Part shown: positions 1-18,253 of the stretch, piece after piece | Layout: the number at the start of each line of letters is the position of its first letter | How positions within the stretch are numbered: the first letter of the stretch is position 1 | Source: the human T2T-CHM13v2.0 reference genome, Homo sapiens | Length of the DNA: 64,000 bases | Assembly (NCBI RefSeq): GCF_009914755.1 | Contig: NC_060932.1 | Strand: one strand, 5' to 3' | Made by a program: the position numbers and the translations under genes | Notes under the pieces: generated by a model | What the model saw: only the letters and a program-made list of their open reading frames with translations | Database searches by the model: none | What the model was told of the DNA's origin: nothing

Positions 1-2381
<2,381 letters not shown>

Positions 2382-4052
2382 GAGGTGCTTTTCTCCTAAG
2401 TCAACATTTTAGAGGAAAAGAGTCAATTCAAGCAATTATCACATATGTGTAACTGAAGCACATATGTGTAACTTTTCAAGAGTGATTAGATGGTCTGTTG
2501 TCTTTGAAGTGATAGTCAAATATCAGGTGTGTTCTAGGGAGGTTGTGTAAGACTTTTGCTTGTATTCTCCAAATGATTGCAGGGTGATGTATTAGAACAA
2601 TGGTCTCATCGGAGGACTGAATGGGATTCTGGTGGTGTTTCTCCAGAATGAGAAGCATGAGAGAATGGTGTGTTATGGGGGTGCTGCCATGTTCCCCATC
2701 CACACACCTTTCTTGCACATTCCACTTTCACACACATACACACACCCCAAGAATAGTGCTTACATTGTGAAAGTCTAGTTTAGTAAGAAAAACTGAAAGT
2801 AAGAACATTAGTTTTTATAGTTGTCCTTTTTAGAATGGCAAGATTTTTTAAACCTTTATATTTTGAGAATGCAAATCAGATACTTTTTCCTTGTAGTACT
2901 ACGAATTAGCTCATTAGATAAGTTGGCCAATTTACTTTGTGTGGTACAGACATCTTTTTTTCTTGCCAATTTGGAGGCTCTAATGATCTAATTTGATAAC
3001 TTGGAAAGATGTGAAGGATATCATCTAAGTAACTTATTTATGCTAATAAAGGCTTTCTACTTTACATTTCACCTAAAATTTAAAGGTTTTATACTTGTGT
3101 TTTGATAGACTAGTGTCATTTATTTCAGACTTCTTATTTATGGAAATTGCTATGTTGTAGATTTCTATTCTTAGAGTTGGAAATACAGATTGGCAAGTCA
3201 TAAAAATAGCAAAGCATTTTTTTCAGAAAGTACCATGAATATAGTAATTGGTCTCTAAAAAGATAAGGTTATAATTATGGCTTTTCCAAGAAATGAGAAC
3301 CTGAAGATTTTACAATGAGATCATTTCTACTCATATCTGGCAGGCTTCATTTTTACAAATTTTATTTTAATGTACATATGGATTATTTCATTCTAGGTTA
3401 TTTTATTTCTACTGTCTAGGGAACTATAGCCTTTCTATATAGTCACTTTCTGTGAAAGTGACTGTATAATATCCTGATAAATTTAATATACTCTTTATAT
3501 TATGGTGTTAGCCAAGCAGAAAAGCACATAAATAACTGAAACATCTTCTCTTTAAAAGGAGACATTGTGTTATAATTAGATCATTAACTGGAGCGAATTG
3601 GTCACATTTATAGGAGGAAAAAAATAATAATGTATTTTTTGGTCATGAATCCATGTCTTGTATCTAGGCAAAAAAATTGAGCTTCATAACATTTTTCTGA
3701 CCATATCAGTGAGAAATTTGGTTCTTCTGCTTATTTTGTACTCTAATTTAGTTCCAATGAATTAATTTTCAATTTTAGCAATTAATTGTTCCATTTGATT
3801 AGAATCTTTTCTCATCTCTCTTCACCCTCCTCTCATTCAGTTTGAACCAATGGTATTGGCTTTCTAAGTATTTATCTTTTACTTATGATTCAGAGTTTAG
3901 TACTTGATTTTTCAGCTTATTATATTCTCTGATGCCCATCTTCGAGATAATCAATGAAGTGTTTCTTCTTTTCCTCTCCCCACTCCATTTTTCCAATTTT
4001 TGATTTTTTTATTTCTACATTATCAGATCATACAGCATTTATCCCTAATCCA

Positions 4053-4595
4053 GTATTTGTCTTTTGTTGTGTAACAAATTACCCTCAAAACTTAATAGTT
4101 TAAAACTACAAGTATTTATTATCTCACACAGTTTCTAAGGATGGAGAGTCCACAAATAGTTTAGCTGGATGGTTCAAGCTTAGGGTCTCTCATGAGGTAG
4201 CAATCAAGATGTTGACTGGGGTAGCAGTCATCTGACAGCTAAATTGGAGCTGGTAGAGCCATTTCTAAGATCTTTCTATGGATGCCTCATTTCCTTGATG
4301 GTGATTGGCAGTAGGTCTCAGTTCTTCATCATATGGGTATTTCTATAAGGCTGCTTGAGCATCCTCTTGGCGTGGCAGCTGGGTTCCCCCAGAGTCAGTG
4401 ACCCAAGACAAAGAAAAAAAGCTACAGTGCCTTTTATGACCTTGTCTCTGGAGTTACATACCATTGCTTTTGCTTTTTTTGTGTTCATTAGAAGCAAATT
4501 ACTATGTCCAGCTCAGGCTGAGGGGAAAGGAATTAGGCTATACCTCTTGAAGGGAGCAGTATCAAAAATTTTTGGACATATTTAGAAAAAACACT
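4053..4595 (-). mobile_element. MaLR LTR, MLT1F/G/H-like (3' LTR of a broken provirus)
   Basis: Reverse complement begins AAATATGTCCAAAAATTTTTGATACTGCTCCCTTCAAGAGG, typical of MLT1F-H; other end GTAACAAATTACC is typical too. Confidence 0.75.
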
Positions 4596-5858
4596 GGTAA
4601 TCCCTTTATCACAAATATTTATTCCATATGCAAAATACATCCTCCCCTCTCAGGGATATTACATGTTTTATACCATTATAACATCAACCTGAAGTTCAGC
4701 ATCTGTCGTCTAAATTCAGGTGCATTTGAGGTTCCTTGGGCATGGTTTTATTAGTACAGCTTCTCAAGCATAGCTTCCCTAGACCTGAAAACCTGTGAAC
4801 TAAAGAGATAAGTTATCTTCCAACTAATATGCCAATCATACTATAGCAGGACAGGTATAAGACAACCTCTAAGCAATCCCTGTTAAAGGAGAGAGGGGAT
4901 TGGACAGGCAAGGAGTCATTCATCTATAGCAATTCTGCAAATTCAGCCAGGCAAACATTGAAATTCCTTGATCAGAGCTCAGTTCTACTCCCGCCTAGGA
5001 ATCATTCTCCATGGCTCTTGGCTACACCCTCTGGGCTCATGGTTTCACCCTCTGAGTCATCCTCCTTTTTCAAGAATAGGCCCAGGCGTGGTGGCTCATG
5101 CCTGTAATCCAGCACTTTGGGAGGCCGAGGAGGGCAGATCATGAGGTCAGGAGTTCGAGACCTGGCCAACATGGTGAAACCCCGTATCTACTAAAAATAC
5201 AAAAAAATTAGCCAGGCGTGGTGGCGGGTGCCTGTAATCCAGCTACTCAGGAGGCTGAGGCAGGAGAATCACTTGAAACCAGAAGGCGGAGGTTGCAGTG
5301 ACCCGAGATCATGCCACTGCACTCCAGCCTGGGTAAAAGAGTGAAACTCCATTTTTAAAAAAAAGTAAGCCATGTTTGCAGCTGCATAGTTTCTCATCCA
5401 GTTTCATGCCAGAATTTTGGGGAATTCAACATCTCTTTTACTATATATTATCTCTGTCCCTTTCAGTCTAAGCTGGAAGATTTCTGAAAACATAGTTTTA
5501 TTAAAAACTCTTGAGTTTTCTGTGAATTTCATGAGGGTTTACTCCATTAGATAAAAGATATTCTCATGAATCTCCTCAGGATAGGCCTTCCCCTTCTCTT
5601 TTAAGCTTCTGCTCAGGTGGCTGAGAGATAAAGCCTTTAAACTTAGAAATACTACCATTGGGAGATATGCCTCAGTGAAGCATGTCATTAAGCTCTTTAT
5701 AAGGCCTTTTCATTGAATGGTCCTCTTATGCACCACCATAGACCTCTCTGAGGTCTTCAGAAATAATTCGAATAAGGGTGGAAGCCACACCTGGTGCTTC
5801 AAATTTGGACCAAGATTTTCTTGCACCGTAGTTTGTTTCATCTTTGCTTGGAAACCAC
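4596..5858 (-). mobile_element. MLT1 internal region, interrupted by an Alu
   Basis: Directly abuts the LTR; MaLR-int-like sequence (ATTCTCCATGGCTCTTGGC...CTCTGGGCTC); lies between two LTRs of the same family. Confidence 0.55.
5079..5364 (+). mobile_element. AluS (AluSg-like), full length
   Basis: Dimeric Alu, GATCATGAGGTCAGGAGTTCGAGA, middle A-rich linker, short A tail. Confidence 0.93.
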
Positions 5859-6692
5859 TTCTTAATCCAGTCTATCGTTGTTGGACACTTGGGTTGGTTC
5901 CAAGTCTTTGCTATTGTGAATAGTGCCCCAATAAACATACGTGTGCATGTGTCTTTATAGCAGCATGATTTATAGTCCTTTGGGTATATACCCAGTAATG
6001 GGATGGCTGGGTCAAATGGTATTTCTAGTTCTAGATCCCTGAGGAATCACCACACTGACTTCCACAATGGTTGAACTAGTTTACAGTCCCACCAACAGTG
6101 TAAAAGTGTTCCTATTTCTCCACATCCTCTCCAGCACCTGTTGTTTCCTGACTTTTTAATGATTGCCATTCTAACTGGTGTGAGATGGTATCTCACTGTG
6201 GTTTTGATTTGCATTTCTCTCATGGCCAGTGATGATGAGCATTTTTTCATGTGTCTTTTGGCTGCATAAATATCTTCTTTTGAGAAGTGTCTGTTCATAT
6301 ACTTTGCCCATTTTTTGATGGGGTTGTTCTTTTCTTGTAAACTTGTTTGAATTCTTTGTAGATTCTGGATATTAGCCCTTTGTCAGATGAGTAGATTGCA
6401 AAAATTTTCTCCCATTCTGTAGGTTGCCTGTTCACTCTGATGGTAGTTTATTTTGCTGTGCAGAAGCTCTTCAGTTTAATGAGATCCCATTGGTCAATTT
6501 TGGCTTTTGTTGCCATTGCTTTTGGTGTTTTAGACATGAAGTCCTTGCCCATTGCTATGTCCTGAATGGTATTGCCTAGGTTTTCTTCTAGGTTTTTATG
6601 GTTTTAGGTCTAACATTTAAGTCTTTCATGCATCTTGAATTAATTTTTGTATAAGGTGTAAGGAAGGGATCCAGTTTCCGCTTTCTACATAT
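5859..6692 (-). mobile_element. L1PA (PA4/5-like) ORF2 C-terminal fragment lacking 3'UTR and tail
   Basis: Minus-strand ORFs [16 protein letters not shown] and [11 protein letters not shown]; homology stops at CTGGATTAAGAA. Confidence 0.92.
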
Positions 6693-6694
6693 AG

Positions 6695-9600
6695 TCTACT
6701 GACAGCACTAGACAAGTCATCAGACAGAAAGTCAACAAAGAAACAATGGATTTAAACTATACCCTAGAACAAATGGACTTAACAGATATTTACAGAACAT
6801 TCTACCCAACAAGTGCAGAATATACATTCTATTCATTAGTGCATGAACCTTTCTTCAAGATAGACCATATGATAGACCACAAAACAAGTCTCAATAAATT
6901 TAAGAAAATTGAAATTATATCAAGTACTCTCTCAAATGACAGTGAAATAAAAGCAGAAATTAACTCCAAAAAGAATCTTTAAAACCAAGCAAATACATGG
7001 AAATTAAATAACCTGCTCCTGAATGATCATTAGCTTAACAATGAAATCAAGACGGAAATTAAAACATTCTTGAACTGAATGATAACAATGACACAACCTA
7101 ACAAAATCTCTGGGATACAGCAAAGGTGGTGACAGGAGGAAAGTTCACAGCCCTAAAGTCCTACATCAAAAAGCCTGAAAGAGCACAAGTAGACATCTAA
7201 GGTCACACCTCAAGGAACTAGAGAAACAAGAACAGAACAAACCCGAACCCAGCAAAAGAAAGGAAATAACTAAGATCAGAGCAGAACTAAATGAAATTGA
7301 AACAAAAAATACAAACAATAAATGAAACAAAAAGCTGATTCTCTGCAAAGATAAATAAAACTGATAGACCATTAGCAAGATTAACCAAGAAAAGAAGAAA
7401 ATCCAAATAAGCTCAATTAGAAACAAAATGGGAGATATTTCAACTGACATTACAGAAATACAAAAGATCATTCAAGTCTACTATGAACACATTTATGCAC
7501 ATAAACTAGAAAACCTAGAGGAGATGGAAAATTCCTGGAAATATACAACCCTCCCAACTTAAATCAGGAAGAATTAGATACTCTGAACAGAACAATAACA
7601 AGCAATGAGATTGAAGTAATAATTTTTAAAATTACCAACAAAAAATGTCCAAGGCCACATGGATTCGTAGCTGAATTCTACCAGACGTTTAAAGAATAAT
7701 TGGTGCCAATCTTACTGACACTATTCCACAAGATAGAGAAAGAGGGAATCCTCCCTAAATCACTCTATGAAGTATCACCCTAATACCAACACCAGGAAAG
7801 CATATAACCAAAAAGAAAACTACAGACCAATATCCCTGATGAACATAGATGTAAAAATCCTTAACAAAATACTAGGTAAACAAATCCAACAACATATCAA
7901 AAAGATAATCCACCAGGATCAAATGGGTTACATACCATGGATGCAGGGATGGTTTAACATATGCAACTCAATAAATGTGATACACCACATGAACAGAATT
8001 AAAAACAAAAATCACATGATCATCTCAATAGATGCAGAAAAAGCATTTGACAAAATGTAGCATCCCTTGATGATTAAAACTCTCAGCAAAATCAGCATAC
8101 AAGGGGCATAACTCAATGTAATAAAAGCCATCTATGACAAACCCACAGCCAACATAATGCTGAATAGGGAAAAGTTGAAAGCATTCCCTCTGAGAACTGG
8201 AACAAGACCAGAATGCCCACTCTCACCACTTCTATTCAACATAGTACTGGAAGTTCTAACCAGAACAACCAGACAAGAGAAAGAAATAAAGAACATTCAA
8301 ACTGGTAAAGAGGAATTTAAACTATTGCTGTTTGCTGATGACAAAACTGTATACCTAGAAAACCCTAATGACTCCTCCAAAATGGTCCTTTAACTGATCA
8401 ATGAATTCAGCAAAGTTTCAGGATGTAAAATTAATATACACAAATCAGTAGCTCTGCTATACACCAACAGCAACTAAGCTGAGAATCAAATCAAGAACTC
8501 AACCACTTTTACAATAGCTGCAAAAACAAAAAAACAAAAAAACAAAACTTGAACATATACCTAACCAAGGAGGTAAAAGACCTCTACAAGGAAAACTACA
8601 AAACACTGCTGAAAGAAATCATAGATGATAAAAACAAATGGAAACACACCCCGTGCTCATGGATGGATAGAATCAATATTGTGAAAATGACCATACTGCC
8701 AAAAGCAATCTACAAATTCAATGCAATCCCTACCAAAATACCACCATAATTCTTAAGAGAACTAGAAAAAAACAATCCTAAAATTCATATGGAACCCAAA
8801 AAGAGCCCACATAGTCAAAGCAAGACTAAGCAAGAAGAACAAATCTGGAGGCATCACATTACCTCATTTCGAACTAAACTATAAGGCCATCATCACCAAA
8901 ACAGCATGCTACTGGTATGAAAATAGGCACATAGACCAATGGAACGGAATAGAGAAATCAGAAATAAACCCAAATACTTATAGCCAACTAATCTTTGACA
9001 AAGCAAAACAAAGCATGAAGTGGGGAAAGGACACCCTATTCAACAACTGTGTTGGGACAATTGGCTAGCCACATGTAGGAGAATGAAACTGGATCCTCAT
9101 CTCTCACCTTATACAAAAATCAACTCATGATGGATCAAAGACTTGAATCTAAGATCTGAAACTATAAAAATTCTAGAAGACAACTTTGGAAACACCCTTC
9201 TAGACATTGGCTTGGCAAGGATTTCATGATCAAGAACTCAAAAGCAAATAAAATAAAAACAAAGATAAATAGCAGGGACGTAATTAAACTAAAGAGCTTT
9301 TGCGCAGCAAAAGGAACAGTCAGCAGAGTAAACAGACAACCCATAGAGTGGGAGAAAATCTTCACAATCTGCATGTATGACAAAGGACTAATATCCAGAA
9401 TCTACAATGAACTCAAACAAATTAGCAAGAAAAAAAACAAACAATGCCATCAAAACTTGGGCTAAGGATATGAATAGACAATTATCAAAATAAGATATAC
9501 AAATGGCCAACAAACATATGAAAAAATGCTCACTATTGCTAATGATCAGGAAAATGCAAATCAAAACCACAATGCAATACCACCTTACTCCAAGAATGGT

Positions 9601-10290
9601 CATAATCAAAAAATAAAAAAAAATAGATGTTGTCATGGATGTGGTGAAAAGGGAACACTTCTACACTGCTGGTGGGAACGTAAACTAGTACAACCACTGT
9701 GGAAAACAGTGCAGAGATTCCTTAAAGAACTAAAAGTAGAACTACCATTTGATCCAGCAATCCCACTACTGGGTATCTCCCCAGGGGAACAGAAATCATT
9801 ATACAAAAAAGATACCTGCACATGCTTGTTTATAGCAGCACAATTCACAATTGCAAAAATGTGGAACCAACCCAAATGTCCATCAATCAACGAGCAGATA
9901 AATAAACTGTGGTGTATATATGATGGAATAATACTCATCCATAAAACGGAATGAATTCATGGCATTCACAGCAACCTGGATGAGACTGGAGACTGTTACT
10001 CTAAGTGAAGTAACTTATGAATGGAAAACCAAACAGCGTATGTTCTCACTCATAAGTGGGAGCTAAGCTATGGGGATACAAAGGCATAAGAATGACACAA
10101 TGGACTTTGGGGACTCAGGAGGAAAGAGTGGGAAGGGGGTAAGGTATAAAAGACTATAAATAGGGTTCAGTGTATACTGCTCGGGTGATGGGTGCACCAA
10201 AATCTCACAAATCACCATGAAAGAACTTACTCATGTAACCAAATACCACCTGTTCCCCAAAAACTATGGAAATAAAAAATTTTTAAAAAA
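6695..10290 (+). mobile_element. L1PB, 5'-truncated (endonuclease region to 3' end)
   Basis: Fragmented ORF2 peptides (DLNYTLEQMDLTDIYRTF, LFADD); L1PB-type end AAATACCACCTGTTCCCCAAAAACTATGGAAATAAAAA. Confidence 0.92.
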
Positions 10291-10321
10291 TCTCATTTGT
10301 CAGGAAGAAAAAAAGAACAAG

Positions 10322-10680
10322 TGTTGTGGACTTAATGTTTGTGTCCCTCCAAAATTCATTATGTTTTATTCCTTGCCCACAGTGTAATGGTATTAGTAAA
10401 TGGGGCCTTTGGGAGGTAATTAGGTCATGACGCTGAGGCTCTCATGAATGAAATTAGTGCTTTTATAAAAGGAATCCCAGAGAGCTTTCCCTTTCCGCCT
10501 ATGTGAAGATGCAATGGGGAGTTTGCAGTCTGCAATCTGGAAGAGGGCTGTCACCAGAACCAGACCTTACTGGTATATTAATCACTCCAGAACTGTGAGA
10601 AACAAATTTCTGTTGTTATGAATAACACAGCCTATGGTGATGATGTTTCTCAGGGCAAGTAGCTCAAACTGACTAAAATA
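10322..10680 (+). mobile_element. MLT1A-like solo LTR
   Basis: TGTTGTGGACTTAATGTTTGTGTCCC...GGGGCCTTTGGGAGGTAATTAGGTCATGA...CTCCAGAACTGTGAGAAACAAATTTCTG. Confidence 0.85.
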
Positions 10681-10694
10681 GCCAGTGAACTGAA

Positions 10695-10868
10695 AAAGGG
10701 GAATGCCAGGCTTTTTTTTTTTAATGACCTAGTCTTCAAGTCACACACCACCACTTCTGCTTTTTGTTTTTTCCATTTGGAAGGAGTCACTAAGTCCAGC
10801 CCACACAAACTGGAGGCCTCTTGGAGGAGCATATCAAATAATTTGTGGACATAGTTTAACACCACCAA
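10695..10868 (-). mobile_element. MLT1F/G/H-like LTR remnant (probable 5' LTR partner of 4053-4595)
   Basis: Aligns by eye to 4430-4595: ATGACCTAGTCTTCAAGTCACACACC...GTCCAGCCCACAC...TGGACATAGTTT. Confidence 0.7.
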
Positions 10869-10959
10869 TCTGGAATTTTGTTTTAGTCTTAAATCTATAG
10901 TTAAATAAATTCATTCCTCATCATTAGTCCTATTTATGAAGTTTTCCCAACCATTTACT

Positions 10960-11455
10960 AGTTAAATCAAGATTTTCTCTAATAAATTCTTCAAGAGCTT
11001 AGGGACATAATATTTCCTGAGTTCTGCATTTTGCCATTTCTTTTTATACTGAAGGTCAGCTGGACTAGATTAGAATTTCTAACCTAATTCTAATTCTAAT
11101 CTAATCTAGATTAGAATCTCACATTCATTGCCATTGGTATCTTGTAGCTGTTGCTTGAGTTTCTTCTAGACTTTAATGTTTAGGCAGAGAAAAGTATGGC
11201 AATCTAATTTTCTTTTCTTTTTAAGTAACTTTTTTTCTGCCTAGACACCCAAAGCATTTTTTTAAGTTTAATAATTTTATCAGGATATGCTTGAGTTAAC
11301 ATTTTTGTCATCTTACCAGATATGTAGTATCTGCTTGCAATATATATGCAGGTCTTTTTTATTTCTTAAGTTTTCATTTCTTGAAAGCTTCTTGAATTTT
11401 GAATTATAATTTTACACATGTTTTATGCTTAATTATTTTAGTTCTCTTCTTCAGG
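10960..11455 (-). mobile_element. Ancient L1M fragment
   Basis: T-rich degenerate sequence resembling antisense old L1 ORF1 region; weak. Confidence 0.35.
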
Positions 11456-11548
11456 GGAAACATATATATTTATATGGAAAAATATATATACTTCAGGGGA
11501 AAAATATATGTATATATACATATATTATCATATAAATACATATGTAAT

Positions 11549-12016
11549 TGTTATTGATTGAATTGCACTGCCCTAAAAGAGATAGGTTGAAGTCATAACC
11601 CCCAAGTACCTCAGAATATTACTTTATTTGGAAATAGGGTCATTACAGAGGAAACTAGTTAAAATGAAGTTATATTGTAGTAGAGTGGACCCCTCATTGA
11701 GTATGAACGGCATCCTTATAAGAAGTCAGCCATGTGAAGAAACAAACACACAGAGAGAATGCCATGTGACAACAAAGTTAGAGATTGGAGTCCTGAAGCT
11801 GCAAGCCAAAGATACCAAAGATTGCCAGCAAACCACCAGACTCTGGGAAGAGGCAAGGAAGGATTGATTTCCCTGCAGGTTTCAGAGGGAGCATGGCCTC
11901 GCTGACACCTTGATTTTGGACTTTAGCCTCCTGAACTGTGAGACAATTAAGTTTCTATTGTTTAAAGCCACTCAGTTTGTAGTACATTGTTATGGTAGCT
12001 CTAAGAAATGAATACG
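11549..12016 (+). mobile_element. MLT1B/C solo LTR
   Basis: TTTGGAAATAGGGTC...GCAAGCCAAAGA...GAGGGAGCATGGCC...GACACCTTGATTTTGGACTT...AACTGTGAGACAAT. Confidence 0.88.
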
Positions 12017-13844
12017 ATTATCTTTTTTGATTGACTTTTTTATATCATTTTGGGTGACCCCGTTTATGTCTGTTTCATTTCCTCTTCTCAAGGATTTTTT
12101 TTCAGTTGCTCTGTGAAGAATAGTTTCTTTAATATATGATGCTTTTTTATGGTCAGGCTACCTTTGATTTTCAGAATCTATCTTGTTTCAGCTGAATCAT
12201 ACTATAAACTACCTCCTTTCTTCTCTATCCTGTACTAGTAGTTGCTGTCTCTAAACAGTACAACCTCAACCTTCTAAGGTGACTCTCTTTCACCCACAGA
12301 TTCACTTTCTGGGACCCTTCATTGTAATTCCCCTTTGTTGGTGTTATGACCCATCAGGCATAATATCTACTCTCAGAAGTTTCTTTCCAGGTGGAGCTCT
12401 GTTTTTTGGGTAACTCACCCTTATTGGTCCTGCCTTCCACCTCTGCAAAGACTCCCTACACCCTCTTGTGCATCTCCTGCTGAACTCTCCAAACTGCTCT
12501 GGTCTGGTGTCAGGGTATTATCCCCCTTTGTATATAAAAATTAAAGCTTGTTGGAATTTCCTCCTAGTAACACTGTGAGTAGTGGTTATGAATGCTGTTA
12601 CTTGTGAAGCTATAATGTGGGATCTATATTATGCAGAAAGTTAGGGTGAAGCTAAAACACTAGATCACCTAATTTAAAGGTTGTGTACACTCACTTGTTT
12701 GGAGCATACCAAATGACTGCTGTGGTTGCTTGAACATTTTATAAAGTAAATAGAATCTTTGCTTCAGTTTTATCAACTCACAGGTTTTGGATGTCATAGT
12801 GGAACTTATATTACCTGCACAAGATGGAGGTAGGTATGGATTATAATAAGGGTTCATATTCAACAGAAGCCAAGATGCTCAACTTCTCCAACCCCCATTT
12901 TTCTTATTTATAAAATGGTTCTAGTATTAGTCATCTTGCATTATTCTTCTCAGTTCTACAATTGATAATTAATGTAAGCATAATATTTTTAGCATAGAGC
13001 ATAGTATGTCATGGGCATTAAAAAATTGATAGTAGTTATTATTAAAAATAATATAACATTAATATTAGTATACTCAGTGAACCAATTAAATACGAGCTAA
13101 TTTGGCCTGTTAGTCATTTTAATATATGAAACTGATTTAAATCATAAAGCCCTTCTGAAGCTCTGGAGCACATCAACCTGTCAAAGGAAACTGAGAAGGT
13201 GATTAAAAAAGCATTGGTTAGAAAAAGATAAGTTGTAAATTCATTTTCTCACTCAGCTCAGAGTGGCACATGCTGATACATTTTATACATGACAGTCTTG
13301 ATTCTTATGAAGACTTGGAATAAAATGAAAATAATTGAATTAGAAACTGCATCATTCACTTCAGGGAATATTACAACAGGTCCTGCTGTGGATGCAAGTG
13401 CATTTAAAGAGAATATATACCCAGGTACATTGTTCAAATTCCACTTGGAAAATAATATTATATCCTCGGGAATTCAATGCTCATAGATAGCACCGATGGT
13501 GTAGCAACTGAACATTTTTCTTCTGCTGTAAACAGAGACAAGTTGAGTAGCCATCTGAATTATGTGAGTATTCTGGTGTTATCATAGTTGTTTCAACTAT
13601 AATTTAAGGTAGTATTTTATAAACCTGCCTGGCCATTAGAACTACCTGGTAAACTTTTCAGACAAATTTGCTTCTGAGTGCCCCCACACCTGCCGAAACA
13701 TCATCTATTTGTTATAAGTTTCCTCAGGTGGTTGGAAGAATCATAATTAGGGATGTTTCAGCTTACTCTGTATTTCCTGGGATTTGGGTTATGAGGCCAA
13801 ACAAGTAGATTATGAGGTTGGGGGTGTAGAACAACAACATAGGT

Positions 13845-13995
13845 CCTTGCTTTTCAAAGTGTGAGTCCATGGGTCTGCAGCATCAGCTTCGCCCGGGAGC
13901 TCATGCTGAGCTGATACCTTTCCTCAGACGTGCTGTATAAAACATGAATTTTAATGTGATTCCTGTGCTTCGTATGCATACCAAGGTTTAAACTG
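13845..13995. mobile_element. MER5-family hAT-Charlie MITE, degenerate
   Basis: TCAAAGTGTGAGTCCATGGGTCTGCAGCATCAGCTTCGCCCGGGAGCT resembles MER5A/B. Confidence 0.55.
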
Positions 13996-14663
13996 CATCA
14001 ACATAGACCTGTTACAGAACACATTTTGACTTTATCAAAAATTGAACATAAAAACTTCATGGACCAAATAAAGAGTGAAGATGTAAAATCAAAGGGGGAA
14101 AATATTGATGGGTTCATGTAGAAACTCCCAAGAGTACAGCAGTTGCTTTATATATAATACAAAATTGTTATTGTACTTACAAATATAAAAATCTATTTCA
14201 TTCGTTAGTCTGAAACCAGAAATGAGTTCATCCACTACCATTCATTATTGCTATGTTGCTTATTAAGCTTTGTAGTTGGAAACTGGTGGTCTAAGTTTGA
14301 CTTGTAATTTATCCTTCTCTGATTGACAGGTGAAATTTGTAATAGAGGCAGCTAGCAAAGAAAAAACTAAAAATGAACGTCTTTTCCTGCTTTTTTTTTT
14401 TTTGAGAAAAAAACATTTACAAAGTGGTTGACAGAAATTTATTAATTTCTCCTAGGCTTTCCTAATTAGCTCCGCCAGACTATCATCACTGCGACCTTTG
14501 TGATTCTCTCTTAAACCTGAGTTATATCACATCTAGATCTGTGTTTTAGAATCACTTATTTTTTTTTGTTGTTCATATTTTAATTCCTGGAGGGCAATTT
14601 GTAGTTTCTGTTTCTTGTAGTTCCCAATGCCTCCATTGTCTCTGTCTCTACCATCAAATAACT

Positions 14664-14791
14664 AGGGCGATCACATATCCTGATTTAATTGGAACAATCC
14701 AATATGTCTGTTGTCTCAGAGTAATTATAAATAGTGTTTCCTTTAACTTTAAAAAGTGTTCTGGTTAGAACTATAAGTCATATGGACTCCC
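14664..14791 (+). mobile_element. MER94 (hAT-Blackjack MITE)
   Basis: AGGGCGATCACATATCC...TGTTGTC...GTAATTATAAATAG...AAAAGTGTTCTGGTT...TATGGACTCCC. Confidence 0.7.
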
Positions 14792-15100
14792 ATCTGTATT
14801 GAAGATGAAACAGAGCTGTGGCTAATTTGTTTAAGAAGACCCTTTTCTTCAGGGAGTCTTAATAGCTGTTGCCAGAGGAGACTTCCAACTACTCTGCATC
14901 CTCCTAGCATATCCCTCCTCCCTTTTCTTCTCTTTGCTATAGCTGTCTTTGATAATGTGAAAAAGCAAATATTCAAATGATGAGAAATGATTCTTTGGCA
15001 ATTTCTAGTTTACTAGATATGATTCTAGTTTACTACGTATGACTGTATTGCAGTCATTTTATTTTATTTTATTTTCTCATGATGCTTTAACATTTTAAAA

Positions 15101-15208
15101 GTTTGCCAGTCTGTGTCCTTTAATTGGAGCATTTAGTCCATTTACATTTAAAGTTAATATTGTTATGTGTGAATTTGATCCTGTCATTATGATGTTAGCT
15201 GGTTATTT
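15101..15208 (-). mobile_element. Inverted 5' segment of the L1PA3 (ORF2 start region)
   Basis: Reverse complement reads AAATAACCAGCTAACATCATAATGACAGGATCAAATTCACACATAAC, the ORF2 start MTGSNSHIT. Confidence 0.92.

Positions 15209-18253
<3,045 letters not shown>

Noticed and set aside
12669-13486. Short ORFs in unique DNA (64 aa and 65 aa)
   Set aside because: No recognisable protein similarity or convincing exon structure
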